From the NCBI GenBank assembly GCA_001771935.1, contig MERD01000058.1, positions 17,440 to 81,439 on the forward strand: a stretch of DNA of 64,000 nt, written 5' to 3'. A program made the position numbers and the translations under genes. This DNA is from Betaproteobacteria bacterium RIFCSPLOWO2_02_FULL_67_26 (lineage in GTDB: Bacteria; Pseudomonadota; Gammaproteobacteria; Burkholderiales; SG8-41). Each line of letters starts with the position of its first letter. Within the stretch, counting starts at the first letter, position 1. Under the pieces are notes generated by a model. The model worked only from the letters and a program-made list of their open reading frames with translations. It did no database searches and was not told the origin of the DNA. Below are positions 34,777 to 47,820 of this stretch, piece by piece.

Positions 34777-36718
34777 CCTTGCCGCGCTTCGGCGGCGGCG
34801 GCCGCTTGCCGAGCAGGTAGAAATCGAGCACCTGGCGCGCGATCGGCGCGGCGTAGCGCGCCCCGAAGCCGGAATTCTCGACGACCACGGCGAGCGCGAT
34901 TTTCGGGTTCTCGGCCGGCGCGTAGGCGATGAAGAGGGCGTGGTCGCGGTACCGCTCCTGCACGCGGCTTTCCACATACTTTTCGCCCTGCTTGATGCCG
35001 ATGACCTGCGCGGTGCCGGTCTTGCCGGCGCTCACGTACTCGGCGCCGGCGAAAACGCGCGCGCCGGTCCCCTCCTTGTTGACGCCGACGAGCGCCTGCT
35101 TGACCGTCGCGATGTGCTCGGGCTTGAGGTCCAGTTTGCGCGCCGGGTTGGGCTCGACGGCGGCGCGCGCCCGCGTGCGGATGTCCTCGATGGTGTTGAC
35201 GATGTGCGGCCGGAACATCACGCCGTCGTTGGCGATGGCGGCGATCGCCGCCGCCATCTGCAGCGGCGTATACGCGTTGTAGCCCTGCCCGATGCCGATG
35301 CTGATGGTCTCGCCGGCGAACCATTTCTGCCGGAAGCGCTTGAATTTCCATTCCTGCGACGGCAACACGCCCGCGGCCTCGCCCGCGATGTCGATCCCGG
35401 TGCGGGCGCCGAAGCCAAACAGGCTCATGAAGCGGGCGATGGCGTCGATGCCCATGTCGTTGGCCAGCATATAGTAATAGGTGTCGCTCGATTTCACGAT
35501 AGACGTGTAGAGGTCTACGCGCCCATAGCCGCCGGGCCGGCTGTCGCGGAATTGGTGGCCGCCGAACATGAAGTAGCCCGGGTCGTTGATCGTCTGCTGC
35601 GGCGTGCGCTTGCCGTAGGTCAGCGCGGCGAGCGCCATGTACGGCTTGAAAGTGGACCCGGGCGGGTAGGTGCCGGCGAGCGCGCGGTTCACCATCGGGC
35701 GGTCCGGCGAGGTGTTGAGCTCGTTCCAGTTCTGGGGATCGATGCCGTCCACGAACAGATTGGGGTCGAAGCCGGGCTTGCTGACGAAGGCGAGCACGCC
35801 GCCGGTGGCGGGCTCGATCGCGACCAGCGCGCCGCGCCGTTCCCCGAACGCGTTGTAGGCGACCTCCTGCAGCTGGGCGTCGAGCTGCAGGGCGAGGTTG
35901 TTCCCGGATACCGGCGGGGTGCGCGAGAGCGTGCGCACCGCGCGCCCGCCCGAGTCCACCTCGACCTCCTCGACGCCGGTGGTGCCGTGCAGATAGCGCT
36001 CGTAGCTTTGCTCGAGCCCGGTCTTGCCCATGTAATCGGTGCCGCGGTAATTGGCGGCCCGCCCCTCGTCCTCGAGCTGGTCGAGCTCGCGCTGGTTGAT
36101 GCGGCCGATATGGCCGACGACGTGCGAGAAGATCTCGCCCTGCGGGTAATGCCGGAACAGCCGCGCGTTGATGTCCACGCCCGGGAAGCGGTAGCGGTTG
36201 GCGGCGAAGCGGGCGATCTCCTCGTCGGTCAGGCGGGTGCGGATCGGCAGGCTGCCGATGCTCTTGCTCTCCTCGAGCAGGCGCTTGAAGCGATGGTGGT
36301 CGCGCGGCGCGATCTCGACCACCGTCGCCAGCTCGTCGATGAGCGCGTCCAGGTTGTCGACCCTGGCCGGCTGGATCTCGAGCGTGTAGCCGGAGTAGTT
36401 GTGCGCGAGCACGGCGCCGTTGCGGTCGACGATGATGCCGCGGTTGGGCACGACCGGGACGATCGAGATGCGGTTCGCCTCAGCCAGCGTTTGCAGCTCG
36501 CCGTGCTTCACCACCTGCAGATAGAAGAAGCGCCCGGTGAGCAGCAGGAACATGAAGAACACGAAGCCCGAAGCGATCGCCAGGCGCACCCGGAACTGGC
36601 GCAGCTCGAGCTCGGCGTTCCGCAGCTCCACGCCCGGGTTGATGTGCAGTTCCGCGCTCATCGCGATCCGCGGTCCGATCCATTCCCCGCGCCGTTTGCG
36701 ACGCGGAGGTTCTTCCAT
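34757..36718 (-). CDS. mrdA: Penicillin-binding protein 2 (elongasome transpeptidase)
   Basis: Transpeptidase motifs STFKP, SSD and KTGTA, plus an N-terminal TM. The start is 36718 or the internal ATG at 36661. Confidence 0.9.
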   Translation of the reverse strand: MEEPPRRKRRGEWIGPRIAMSAELHINPGVELRNAELELRQFRVRLAIASGFVFFMFLLLTGRFFYLQVVKHGELQTLAEANRISIVPVVPNRGIIVDRNGAVLAHNYSGYTLEIQPARVDNLDALIDELATVVEIAPRDHHRFKRLLEESKSIGSLPIRTRLTDEEIARFAANRYRFPGVDINARLFRHYPQGEIFSHVVGHIGRINQRELDQLEDEGRAANYRGTDYMGKTGLEQSYERYLHGTTGVEEVEVDSGGRAVRTLSRTPPVSGNNLALQLDAQLQEVAYNAFGERRGALVAIEPATGGVLAFVSKPGFDPNLFVDGIDPQNWNELNTSPDRPMVNRALAGTYPPGSTFKPYMALAALTYGKRTPQQTINDPGYFMFGGHQFRDSRPGGYGRVDLYTSIVKSSDTYYYMLANDMGIDAIARFMSLFGFGARTGIDIAGEAAGVLPSQEWKFKRFRQKWFAGETISIGIGQGYNAYTPLQMAAAIAAIANDGVMFRPHIVNTIEDIRTRARAAVEPNPARKLDLKPEHIATVKQALVGVNKEGTGARVFAGAEYVSAGKTGTAQVIGIKQGEKYVESRVQERYRDHALFIAYAPAENPKIALAVVVENSGFGARYAAPIARQVLDFYLLGKRPPPPKRGKDDDDDG

Positions 36719-36724
36719 TTGGCG

Positions 36725-37249
36725 CTATCCCGCATGGTACGGGTCCGGCCTGGGCCGCTGCGGGAGCCTGAGCAGCGTGCCGAGCAGCGGCCACAGCGCG
36801 CCGGCAACGAAGCTGCCGATGAAGTACTGGAACCCCGGGAAGTCCGCGCCGGCCGCCGCGCGGATCGCGAGCACGATGAGATCGTTCAGCAGCAGCAGCA
36901 GGATGACGTGCAGCACCTGCGGCGTGCCGGAAAACATCCGCACGCGGCGGTGCAGCACGATGCCGGCGTAGGCGAGGATGGTGTAGGACAGGGCGTGCTG
37001 GCCGAAGAGGGCCCCATCCGCCACGTCCATGAAGAGACCGAGGAGCCAGGCCGCGATGAAGCCGATCCGGCGCGGCTCCTCGATGCACCAGTAGAGCACG
37101 ATGAGCGCGACGAAGTCCGGTTTCAGCCACAGCAGCCACCCCGACCACGGCAGCAGGTTCGCGAACAGCGCGGCCACCAGCGTCACCACGATGAAGCCGG
37201 CCTTGACCGGCAGCAGGATCTCGTGCGGCGCGGCGCGGATGTCGGCCAT
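36725..37249 (-). CDS. mreD: Rod shape-determining protein MreD
   Basis: A hydrophobic 174-aa protein. Its ATG at 37249 overlaps the mreC stop (TGATG). It sits in the conserved mreBCD position. Confidence 0.85.
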   Translation of the reverse strand: MADIRAAPHEILLPVKAGFIVVTLVAALFANLLPWSGWLLWLKPDFVALIVLYWCIEEPRRIGFIAAWLLGLFMDVADGALFGQHALSYTILAYAGIVLHRRVRMFSGTPQVLHVILLLLLNDLIVLAIRAAAGADFPGFQYFIGSFVAGALWPLLGTLLRLPQRPRPDPYHAG

Positions 37250-38145
37250 CAGCCTTTCCTCGGCTTGCGGGCGCGCGGCTGCCTGGGCTCGTCGGCCGGG
37301 CGCGGCGGCAGCTCGCGGCTCTCGGTCACCACCAGCAGCTGCGTGTGGCTCGCCACGCCGGCGACCGGCGTGCACGTGATGCGCGCGAAGAGCTGCGCGG
37401 CGTTGCGCTCGACGTGAGTGACCCGCGCGACCGGCAGCCCCGGCGGATAGATGCCGTCGATGCCGGAGGTGACGAGCGCGTCCTCGTTCTGGAAATCCGC
37501 GTTGAGCGGGACGAAACGCAGCTCCAGCGCGCCGTCGTTGCCGGTCCCCGCGAGCACCGCGCGCAGGCCGTTCCTCAGGTTCTGCACCGGCACCAGCTGG
37601 CCCTTGTCGGTGATGAGCGTGACCTCGGAATGCCACGGATAGATGCGCGTCACCTGGCCCACCACGCCGCGGTCGTCCACCACCGCCTGGCCGGCCTTGA
37701 CGTCGTCCCGCAGCCCCTTGTCGATGATGACCTTGCGCGAGAACGGGTCGCGCGCGGTGTAGAGCACCTCCGCGGCGAGCGCCTTGACCTCGAGGCGCTC
37801 GCGGGCGGCGATGAGCGCCCGCAGCTGCGCGTTTTCAGCGGCGAGCGCGTTCAGTTGCTGCAGCCGGGCGGTGCTCGAGAAATTCTCCTGCGCCAGGCGG
37901 GCGTTCTCCTCCCGCAGCGACGAGTGCGTCGCGAAAAAGTCCCCGATGCGCTGGACGATGCTCGCGGGCGCCGCGGCGATGCGCTGCAGCGGGTAGACGA
38001 TCGCGGCCGCGACCTGGCGCAGCGGAATGAGAAAGCTGAAGCGCGCGTCGGCGACGAGCAGCGCGGCCGACAGCGCGGAGAAGATCAGCAGGCGGGCGAG
38101 CGGGGTGGGGCCGGTCTTGAAAAACGGAGGGGCCTGATGTTCCAT
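37249..38145 (-). CDS. mreC: Rod shape-determining protein MreC
   Basis: N-terminal TM, a coiled coil (LQQLNALAAENAQLRAL) and beta-rich C-terminal domains. It lies between mreB and mreD. Confidence 0.9.
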   Translation of the reverse strand: MEHQAPPFFKTGPTPLARLLIFSALSAALLVADARFSFLIPLRQVAAAIVYPLQRIAAAPASIVQRIGDFFATHSSLREENARLAQENFSSTARLQQLNALAAENAQLRALIAARERLEVKALAAEVLYTARDPFSRKVIIDKGLRDDVKAGQAVVDDRGVVGQVTRIYPWHSEVTLITDKGQLVPVQNLRNGLRAVLAGTGNDGALELRFVPLNADFQNEDALVTSGIDGIYPPGLPVARVTHVERNAAQLFARITCTPVAGVASHTQLLVVTESRELPPRPADEPRQPRARKPRKG

Positions 38146-38168
38146 CTAGCCGTGAGGCGAGGGTTCAC

Positions 38169-39248
<1,080 letters not shown>

Positions 39249-39306
39249 TCAGGGGGTTATGATACCCTATGCCGCACCGATTTTTAAGGCATCCTTGCCG
39301 GTTTTT

Positions 39307-39594
39307 ATGGCGCTGACGCTTGACGATGTGAGGCGCGTCGCCCACCTCGCGCGGGTGGCGATCGACGACGCCGAAGCGCGGGCCGTGCTGTCGCAGTTGA
39401 ACGACGTCTTCCGGCTCGTCGCCGAAATGCAGGCGGTGGATACCGCCGGGGTGGAGCCGATGTCGCATGCGCTCGACGTGACCCAGCGACTGCGCGCGGA
39501 CGCCGTGACCGAGGCCGACCAGCACGCGGCTTTCCAGTCGGTCGCCCCGCACGTGGAGGGCGACCTCTACCTGGTTCCCAAGGTCATTGAGTGA
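39307..39594 (+). CDS. gatC: Asp/Glu-tRNA amidotransferase subunit C
   Basis: ATG at 39307. The sequence [23 protein letters not shown] is the GatC signature. Confidence 0.9.
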   Translation: MALTLDDVRRVAHLARVAIDDAEARAVLSQLNDVFRLVAEMQAVDTAGVEPMSHALDVTQRLRADAVTEADQHAAFQSVAPHVEGDLYLVPKVIE

Positions 39595-39627
39595 GGCGGG
39601 AGGGAGCCTCACGCCTCCCGGGTTCGG

Positions 39628-41088
<1,461 letters not shown>

Positions 41089-41098
41089 GGAGCTTCAA

Positions 41099-42547
41099 GT
41101 GAAGTGGGAAGTCGTAATAGGGCTCGAGACCCACGCGCAGCTCTCGACGAAGTCAAAAATGTTCTCGGGCGCCTCGACCGCGTTTGGCGCAGCACCGAAC
41201 ACGCAGGCGTGCGCGGTGGACATCGCGCTGCCCGGCGTGCTGCCGGTGGCGAACAAGGCTGCCGTTGAATGCGCTATCCGATTCGGTCTCGCTGTTGGCG
41301 GGGCCGATGGTCTCAGTCGTCGCTCAGTATTCGCGCGCAAGAATTATTTTTATCCCGATCTACCTAAAGGCTATCAGATAAGCCAATACGAGCTGCCAAT
41401 CGTCAAGAGCGGGGAGATCCCGATCGTTTCACCGACGCGTGGCGAGATCAAGATACGCCTCACACGCGCCCACCTCGAAGAAGATGCCGGGAAATCATTG
41501 CACGAGGGATTCCACGACTTCACTGGCATCGACTTGAATCGTGCAGGCACACCTTTGCTGGAGATCGTGTCCGAACCGGACATGTGCTCAGCGGATGAAG
41601 CGGTTTCTTACGCCCGCGCGCTGCATGCCTTGGTACGGTGGATAGACATTTGCGACGGCAACATGCAGGAAGGTTCGTTCCGTTGCGACGCGAATGTTTC
41701 TGTACGCCGGCCAGGCGAGCCGCTTGGTACACGTCGCGAGATCAAGAATCTTAACTCCTTTCGATTTCTGCAACAGGCGATAGAGTTCGAGGCGAAGTGG
41801 CAGATCGAGACCCTGGAGAGCGGCGGCAAGATCGAGCAGGCGACTGTGCTATTCGATCCGGACACGGGCGAGACACGCGCCATGCGCTCCAAGGAAGACG
41901 CTCATGACTATCGATACTTCCCGGACCCGGATTTGTTGCCATTGGTTATCTCGGAGGAATGGATTGCGAAAATCGCAGAGTCTGTGGTCGCTGTAGGTAC
42001 GCCCCAAGTGAGGAAAAACGAATATATCGGTAGCTACGGATTGAGCAGCCAAGATGCATGGCAACTAGTCAAATCTCGTGAAACTGCCGACTACTTCGAC
42101 AAGGTGATGGCTCGCCTTGGCAAGCATGAAGCCAAGCTTTGTGCGAATTGGATGAACGGAGAGCTTGCAAGTGTGCTCAACCGCGATAGCCTCGATATTA
42201 CGCAGTCGCGAGTATCGAGCGCACAATTGGCCGATTTACTTGCTCGTGTCCGCGACGGGACGCTTTCAAACAAGATGGCGAAGGAGGTCTTCGACGCGGT
42301 GTGGGCCGGCGAGGGTGACCCGGATGCCATCATCGAGAAACGGGGATTGAAGCAGATCTCCGACAGCGGCGAGCTGGAGAAATTCTGCGACCAGGTGATC
42401 GCCGCGAACGCGAAGCAGGTCGAGGACTACCGCGCCGGCAAGGACAAGGCGTTCAATTCTCTGGTGGGTCAGGCGATGAAGCTCAGCAAGGGCAAGGCCA
42501 ATCCGCAGCAGGTCAGCGAAATCCTGAAGCGGAAACTGGCCAGCTAG
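41099..42547 (+). CDS. gatB: Asp/Glu-tRNA amidotransferase subunit B
   Basis: GTG at 41099 follows [34 protein letters not shown] and [10 protein letters not shown] match GatB. The central part has anomalous base composition. Confidence 0.95.
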   Translation: MKWEVVIGLETHAQLSTKSKMFSGASTAFGAAPNTQACAVDIALPGVLPVANKAAVECAIRFGLAVGGADGLSRRSVFARKNYFYPDLPKGYQISQYELPIVKSGEIPIVSPTRGEIKIRLTRAHLEEDAGKSLHEGFHDFTGIDLNRAGTPLLEIVSEPDMCSADEAVSYARALHALVRWIDICDGNMQEGSFRCDANVSVRRPGEPLGTRREIKNLNSFRFLQQAIEFEAKWQIETLESGGKIEQATVLFDPDTGETRAMRSKEDAHDYRYFPDPDLLPLVISEEWIAKIAESVVAVGTPQVRKNEYIGSYGLSSQDAWQLVKSRETADYFDKVMARLGKHEAKLCANWMNGELASVLNRDSLDITQSRVSSAQLADLLARVRDGTLSNKMAKEVFDAVWAGEGDPDAIIEKRGLKQISDSGELEKFCDQVIAANAKQVEDYRAGKDKAFNSLVGQAMKLSKGKANPQQVSEILKRKLAS

Positions 42548-42575
42548 CTTCCGCCAGAATGCGTGAACTCACGCC

Positions 42576-43271
42576 TTATTTCTTTGCCGGCGCCGGCGCT
42601 GGCGCCGCCGCCGTCGCCGCGGGGGCGGGCCCGCCTTTCAACGCTATATAACGTTCCTTCAGTGCCCCGTATTTCTTGCGAACCTCGTCCTGTTCTTTTT
42701 CCTTGGTGGCGATGTTCTTTTCGGACTTGACCTTGTCGGCCGTGACGCGCGCCAGGTCTTCCTTCTGGGTGACCGACGGCGGCTTCCCGCTCTTCGCGGT
42801 GGTGTCTATCCGTGCTTTGACCTCTTTTTCACGTTCCAGCACGTTCTTGTGCGCGAGTTTCATCTGTGTGACCTGGCCGTCCAGCACCTGGAGCTCGCGG
42901 TCGCGCTTGAGGTCGATTTCCTTCTCGTGGGTGAAGGTATTGAGCAGGGCCTGGTCCTGGCGCTTCTGCTCAGCCAGCCGCTTCGTCTCCTCCGCCTTCT
43001 TCCTGGCGGCTTCCTCTTCCTGCGCCTTGGCCTTGGCCTGGGCTTCCGCGGTATCCGCCGTGGCGCGCGTGATGCCGCGCTTGTCGAGCTCCTTGGTGGC
43101 GGCTCCCTGATACTCCGGCGGCACCTTGTCGCCGCAGCCGATGACCTTGCCCGACTTGTCTTTCCAGCAGACGATCGAGCCTTTCGCCTGCGCGAGAACG
43201 TCGCCGGTGATGAGTGCCGCGAGCACCGTTGCGAGCGCCGCGGCGAGAAACGCGCGAGAGATCCTAAGCAT
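42576..43271 (-). CDS. DUF4124 domain protein with a Lys/Glu/Ala-rich coiled coil
   Basis: ATG at 43271, a signal peptide, and an N-terminal CWKDKSGKVIGC motif as in DUF4124. The remainder is a long charged low-complexity region. Confidence 0.65.
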   Translation of the reverse strand: MLRISRAFLAAALATVLAALITGDVLAQAKGSIVCWKDKSGKVIGCGDKVPPEYQGAATKELDKRGITRATADTAEAQAKAKAQEEEAARKKAEETKRLAEQKRQDQALLNTFTHEKEIDLKRDRELQVLDGQVTQMKLAHKNVLEREKEVKARIDTTAKSGKPPSVTQKEDLARVTADKVKSEKNIATKEKEQDEVRKKYGALKERYIALKGGPAPAATAAAPAPAPAKK

Positions 43272-43911
43272 GGGCCGAGACTCCATATTGTTCACGATAA
43301 CGGCCAACCGCCGCGAGTTCCCGCGAGCGCTGCGGGTCGGCCTTGAGGTACCCCATCAAATCGTCGAGCGTGGCAATGCTGATTACCGGGATATTATAGC
43401 TTGCCCGAACTTCCTGGGCGGCGGACAGCGTCCCGGTCCCGCGCTCCATGCGGTCGAGCGCGATAGCCACCCCGCAGGGTACAGCGCGCGAGCCCCTGAT
43501 GAGGTTGACAGACTCGCGCACGGAAGTTCCCGCCGAGATCACGTCGTCCACGATCAGGACCGCGCCCGATAACGGTGCGCCGATCACGGACCCGCCCTCG
43601 CCGTGGTCCTTGGCTTCCTTGCGGTTGAAGCTGTAGCGCACGTTGCGGCCGGCGTCGGCCAGCGCAATCGCTACCGCCGCCACCAGGGGAATGCCCTTGT
43701 AGGCCGGCCCGAACAGCATGTCGAACCCGGGGCCCGCGGCGAGTATCGCTTTCGCGTAAAATCCGGCGAGCTGCTTCAGCGCCGCGCCATCGTAGAACAG
43801 GCCGGCATCGAAGAAATACGGCGTGAGGCGCCCCGCCTTGGTCTTGAATTCGCCGAAGCGCAGGACGTTCTGCTGGATCGTGAAACGGATGAACTCTTGC
43901 CGGAAATCCAT
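43264..43911 (-). CDS. pyrE: Orotate phosphoribosyltransferase
   Basis: PRPP-binding motif VLIVDDVISAGTS and full-length PyrE similarity. Confidence 0.95.
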   Translation of the reverse strand: MDFRQEFIRFTIQQNVLRFGEFKTKAGRLTPYFFDAGLFYDGAALKQLAGFYAKAILAAGPGFDMLFGPAYKGIPLVAAVAIALADAGRNVRYSFNRKEAKDHGEGGSVIGAPLSGAVLIVDDVISAGTSVRESVNLIRGSRAVPCGVAIALDRMERGTGTLSAAQEVRASYNIPVISIATLDDLMGYLKADPQRSRELAAVGRYREQYGVSAHA

Positions 43912-43913
43912 TC

Positions 43914-44693
43914 GTGAAAATTATAACCCTTAATCTAAACGGCATCCGCTCCGCCGCGCGCAAGGGCTTCTTCCAGTGGATGACGCGCGCCCGGGCGGAC
44001 GTGGTGTGCGTGCAGGAGCTGAAGGCGCAGGCCGCCGACCTCGCCGACGGCACGCGCGGGCCGGGCCGCTACAGCGGTTATTTCCACCACGCGGAGAAGA
44101 AGGGCTACAGCGGCGTGGGCCTGTACTGCCGGCGCGAGCCCGACCGCGTGGTGGAAGGCGTCGGCCGCCGCGATATCGACGCCGAGGGGCGCTACCTGCG
44201 CGCCGACTTCGGCCCCTTGAGCGTGATCTCGGTGTACCTGCCCTCGGGGTCGAGCGGGCCGCATCGCCAGGCGATCAAGTTCAGGTTCATGGATCACTTT
44301 CTCCCGTGCCTCGCGAAGCTCGCGGCCGAGGGGCGTGAAATTCTCCTGTGCGGCGACTGGAACATCGCGCACCGGGAGATCGACCTGAAGAACTGGAGAT
44401 CCAACCGGAAGAATTCGGGCTTCCTGCCCGAGGAGCGCGCGTGGCTGAGCAGGGTGTTCGACGAATTGGGCTGGGTGGACGTCTATCGCCGGCTGCATCC
44501 GGACACGACCGGCGACGCCTATACCTGGTGGAGCAACCGCGGGCAGGCGTGGGCCAAGAACGTGGGATGGCGCATCGATTACCACATCGCCACCCCGCGG
44601 CTCGCCGCCACCGCGAAGCGCGCCGCGATCTACAAGAAGCGGCGCTTCTCCGACCACGCGCCGCTCACGATCGAGTACGACTACAAGCTTTGA
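43914..44693 (+). CDS. xthA: Exodeoxyribonuclease III
   Basis: NLNGIRSA, CVQELK, GDWNIAH and SDHAPL motifs of the ExoIII/AP endonuclease family. Confidence 0.9.
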   Translation: MKIITLNLNGIRSAARKGFFQWMTRARADVVCVQELKAQAADLADGTRGPGRYSGYFHHAEKKGYSGVGLYCRREPDRVVEGVGRRDIDAEGRYLRADFGPLSVISVYLPSGSSGPHRQAIKFRFMDHFLPCLAKLAAEGREILLCGDWNIAHREIDLKNWRSNRKNSGFLPEERAWLSRVFDELGWVDVYRRLHPDTTGDAYTWWSNRGQAWAKNVGWRIDYHIATPRLAATAKRAAIYKKRRFSDHAPLTIEYDYKL

Positions 44694-45982
44694 GCGACAA
44701 CCCATCACCGAAGGGCGCGCGCGCGCCCTACCTGGAGGTATTCGGCAACCGCCGCATCCTCGCGGTGCTGCTGCTCGGCTTTTCCTCCGGGCTGCCGCTC
44801 GCGCTCACCGCCGGCACGCTGCAGGCGTGGCTCGCGGTCGAGAGCGTGGATATCAAGACCATCGGGCTGTTCACCCTGGCGGGCCAGCCCTATGCCTACA
44901 AGTTCCTGTGGGCCCCGCTCATGGACCGCTACGTGCCGCCGTTTCTCGGCCGGCGGCGCGGCTGGCTGGTCGTGACCCAGGTCGCGCTCCTCGCCGCGAT
45001 CGCGCTCATGGGCACGCTGTCGCCGCGCGAGTCGCCGTGGCTGATGGGCGGGGTCGCGCTCGCCGTCGCGTTTCTTTCGGCTTCGCAGGACATCGTGTTC
45101 GACGCCTATCGCACCGACGTGCTGCGGGAGCCGGAGCGTGGGGCGGGCGCCGCGATCTCGGTGCTCGGCTACCGCATCGCCATGCTGGTGTCGGGCGGGC
45201 TCGCGCTCGTGCTCGCCGACCAGTTGCTGGGTTGGAGCGGAATGTACTTCCTGATGGCGGGGCTGATGGCCGTCGGCATGGTCACGGCGTGGTTTGCGCC
45301 GGAGCCGGAAGAGGCGGGGCGGGCACCGGGCACGCTGGCGGCGGCGTATTCGGAGCCGCTGAAGGAGTTTTTCACGCGCGAGGGCGCGTGGCTGATCCTG
45401 CTGCTGATCGTGCTCTACAAGCTGGGCGACGCGTTCGCGGGCAGCCTGACGACGGCATTCCTCATACAGGGAGCGGGGTTCTCCGCGACCGACGTCGGCG
45501 CCATCAACAAGGCGCTGGGACTCGCCGCCACCATCGGGGGCGCGCTGCTGGGCGGCGCGTGGATGGCGGGACTGGGCCTGTTCCGCGCGCTGATGCTGTT
45601 CGGCATCCTGCAGGCGGTGACCAATCTCGGCTTCATGCTGCTCGCGATGGCCGGCAAGAGCTATCCCCTCATGATCGCCGCGATCGCGGCGGAGAACCTG
45701 TGCGGGGGCATGGGCACCGCGGCGTTCGTGGCGCTGCTGATGACCCTGTGCGACCATCGCTACTCGGCGACGCAGTACGCGCTGCTCTCGGCGCTGGCCG
45801 CGGTGGGGCGGGTGTACGTCGGGCCGGTCTCGGGCGTGACCGTGGCGGCAATCGGCTGGGCGCCGTTTTTCTTCCTCACCTTCGTCGTCGCGCTGCCGGG
45901 CCTCGTGCTGCTATGGTGGCTGCGGGCGCGGCTCGCGCCCGCTGCCCGGTATCCGTTGGTGCAGAAAGAACAGAGAGAATAG
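44690..45982 (+). CDS. ampG: Muropeptide permease AmpG (MFS)
   Basis: LLGFSSGLPLALTAGTLQAWL and YAYKFLWAPLMDRY are typical of AmpG. The TTG start at 44690 overlaps the xthA stop and is uncertain. Confidence 0.85.
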   Translation: MSDNPSPKGARAPYLEVFGNRRILAVLLLGFSSGLPLALTAGTLQAWLAVESVDIKTIGLFTLAGQPYAYKFLWAPLMDRYVPPFLGRRRGWLVVTQVALLAAIALMGTLSPRESPWLMGGVALAVAFLSASQDIVFDAYRTDVLREPERGAGAAISVLGYRIAMLVSGGLALVLADQLLGWSGMYFLMAGLMAVGMVTAWFAPEPEEAGRAPGTLAAAYSEPLKEFFTREGAWLILLLIVLYKLGDAFAGSLTTAFLIQGAGFSATDVGAINKALGLAATIGGALLGGAWMAGLGLFRALMLFGILQAVTNLGFMLLAMAGKSYPLMIAAIAAENLCGGMGTAAFVALLMTLCDHRYSATQYALLSALAAVGRVYVGPVSGVTVAAIGWAPFFFLTFVVALPGLVLLWWLRARLAPAARYPLVQKEQRE

Positions 45983-45990
45983 GGGGCGAC

Positions 45991-46875
45991 ATGGCTGGTC
46001 CGCTCAGCGTGCACACCGGTGGAACGGAGATTCCGGTTCCGGGGGATTTCCGCTGGCCGGGAGGCAAGAAGATCGCGGTCATCTTCCGGATGGCGTTCGA
46101 AGCGTGGTCGGACGACCATTGGCCGGGAATCAGCCCGATGGGCAACCCGTTGAAGCCCGGATTTCCCGATCTCAACGCGCGCGGCTGGGCCGAGTACGCC
46201 TACCGGCGCGGCGTGTTCCGCATCCTCGACGGTTTCGCCCGCCACAGGGTCAGGGCGACGGTGATGGTGTGCGGCATCCTCGCCGAGCGCTATCCGGATA
46301 TCGTGAAAAGCATCGCCGGCGCCGGCCACGAGGTCGCGGCCCATTCCTACACCATGGACATGATGTCGGTCTACATGAGCGAGGACGAGGAGCGCCGCAA
46401 CATCCGCCGCAACGTCGAGTTGATCGAGCGCGCCACCGGCAGCCGGCCGGTCGGGTGGATCAACCCGCGCGGCACGCCGAGCCCGAACACGGCGCGGCTG
46501 CTGGCGGAGGAGGGCTTCGAGTGGCACGGCGACACGTTGAACGACGATCTGCCCTACGTCGTCCGCTACGGCGCGAAGTCCATCGTCGCCATTCCCAGCA
46601 GCATGGACGTCAACGACCTGCCGCTGTACATGAAGCACGGCCAGCCGCCGGGCGTGTACGTCGAGAACTTCGAGGGCTTCCTCAAGTACGTGCGCAAGCA
46701 CGAGAAGGGCGCCTCGAAGATCGATCCCGCCGTGCACGCGCACGTATTCGGGCGGCCGGCGGGCATGTGGGCGCTCGAGCGCGTGCTGGAGATCGCGAGG
46801 AAGTCGAAAGACGTGTGGATCGGCACGCGCGCGGAAGCGGCGGCGCACGTCCGCAAAGTGCTTGGGAGGAAGTGA
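45991..46875 (+). CDS. Polysaccharide deacetylase (NodB homology) family protein
   Basis: An ATG at 45991 follows an AG-rich stretch. HEVAAHSY and INPRG are motifs of the deacetylase/PuuE-like family. Confidence 0.7.
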   Translation: MAGPLSVHTGGTEIPVPGDFRWPGGKKIAVIFRMAFEAWSDDHWPGISPMGNPLKPGFPDLNARGWAEYAYRRGVFRILDGFARHRVRATVMVCGILAERYPDIVKSIAGAGHEVAAHSYTMDMMSVYMSEDEERRNIRRNVELIERATGSRPVGWINPRGTPSPNTARLLAEEGFEWHGDTLNDDLPYVVRYGAKSIVAIPSSMDVNDLPLYMKHGQPPGVYVENFEGFLKYVRKHEKGASKIDPAVHAHVFGRPAGMWALERVLEIARKSKDVWIGTRAEAAAHVRKVLGRK

Positions 46876-47789
46876 TGCGACTCGTGACTTTTGTACCGAA
46901 GGCGGGCGCCGCGGCGCGCGTGGGGCTGGTGCGCGACGGCAGGGAGGTGATCGACCTCACCGCGTCGGGCAAGGCGCCGTTCGATCCGCACGACATGATT
47001 TCGCTGATTGCGGCGGGCCCCAAGGCGCTCGCCTGGCTGCGCAAGGCCGCCGCGAAGGCGAAGAAAACGCTGCCGCTCGGCAAGGTGAGGCTCCTCGCCC
47101 CGATCCCGCGCCCGCGCAAGAACGTATTCTGCGTCGGCTGGAACTACGTCGAGCATTTCGAGGAAAGCAGGGTATCCCGGCTGCACACCGTGGAATTTCC
47201 CGCGCACCCCACCTTTTTCTCGAAGGTGCCGACGGCGGTGAACGGCCCCTACGACCCGGTCCCGTCGCATGCCGGCGTGACCGCGCAGCTCGACTGGGAG
47301 GTGGAGCTGGGCGTCGTCATCGGCAAACGCGGGATCGATATCCCGGAAGCCGATGCCCTGAAGCACGTGTTCGGCTATACCGTGGTGAACGATATTTCCG
47401 CGCGCGAAATCCAGCGCCGGCACGGCGGGCAGTTGTTCAAGGGCAAGGGTCTCGACGGCACCTGCCCCATGGGGCCGTGGATCGTCACCGCGGATGAAGT
47501 GCCCGATCCCCATGCGCTGCGGCTCACGAGCCGGGTCAATGGCGCGACCAAGCAGGACTCGAACACGCGCCACATGTACTTCAAGGTTCCACGCCTGATC
47601 GCGGAGCTCTCCGCGGGCATGACGCTCGAGCCCGGCGACATCCTTTCCACCGGCACGCCGGCGGGAGTGGGGCACGCGCGCACCCCGCCGGAATTCATGA
47701 AGGCGGGCGACGTGCTGGAGAGCGAGGTCGTGGGGCTCGGGCTGCTTCGCAACGTCATCGGCAAGCCCGCCACAGGGCGGGGTCCATGA
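46875..47789 (+). CDS. Fumarylacetoacetate hydrolase family protein
   Basis: Its start overlaps the previous stop (TGATG). FCVGWNY, DWEVELGVVIG and GTPAGVG are FAH-fold motifs. Confidence 0.85.
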   Translation: MRLVTFVPKAGAAARVGLVRDGREVIDLTASGKAPFDPHDMISLIAAGPKALAWLRKAAAKAKKTLPLGKVRLLAPIPRPRKNVFCVGWNYVEHFEESRVSRLHTVEFPAHPTFFSKVPTAVNGPYDPVPSHAGVTAQLDWEVELGVVIGKRGIDIPEADALKHVFGYTVVNDISAREIQRRHGGQLFKGKGLDGTCPMGPWIVTADEVPDPHALRLTSRVNGATKQDSNTRHMYFKVPRLIAELSAGMTLEPGDILSTGTPAGVGHARTPPEFMKAGDVLESEVVGLGLLRNVIGKPATGRGP

Positions 47790-47820
47790 TCCGCCGGAAA
47801 CGCGCTCCCGTCCCTCCCGG

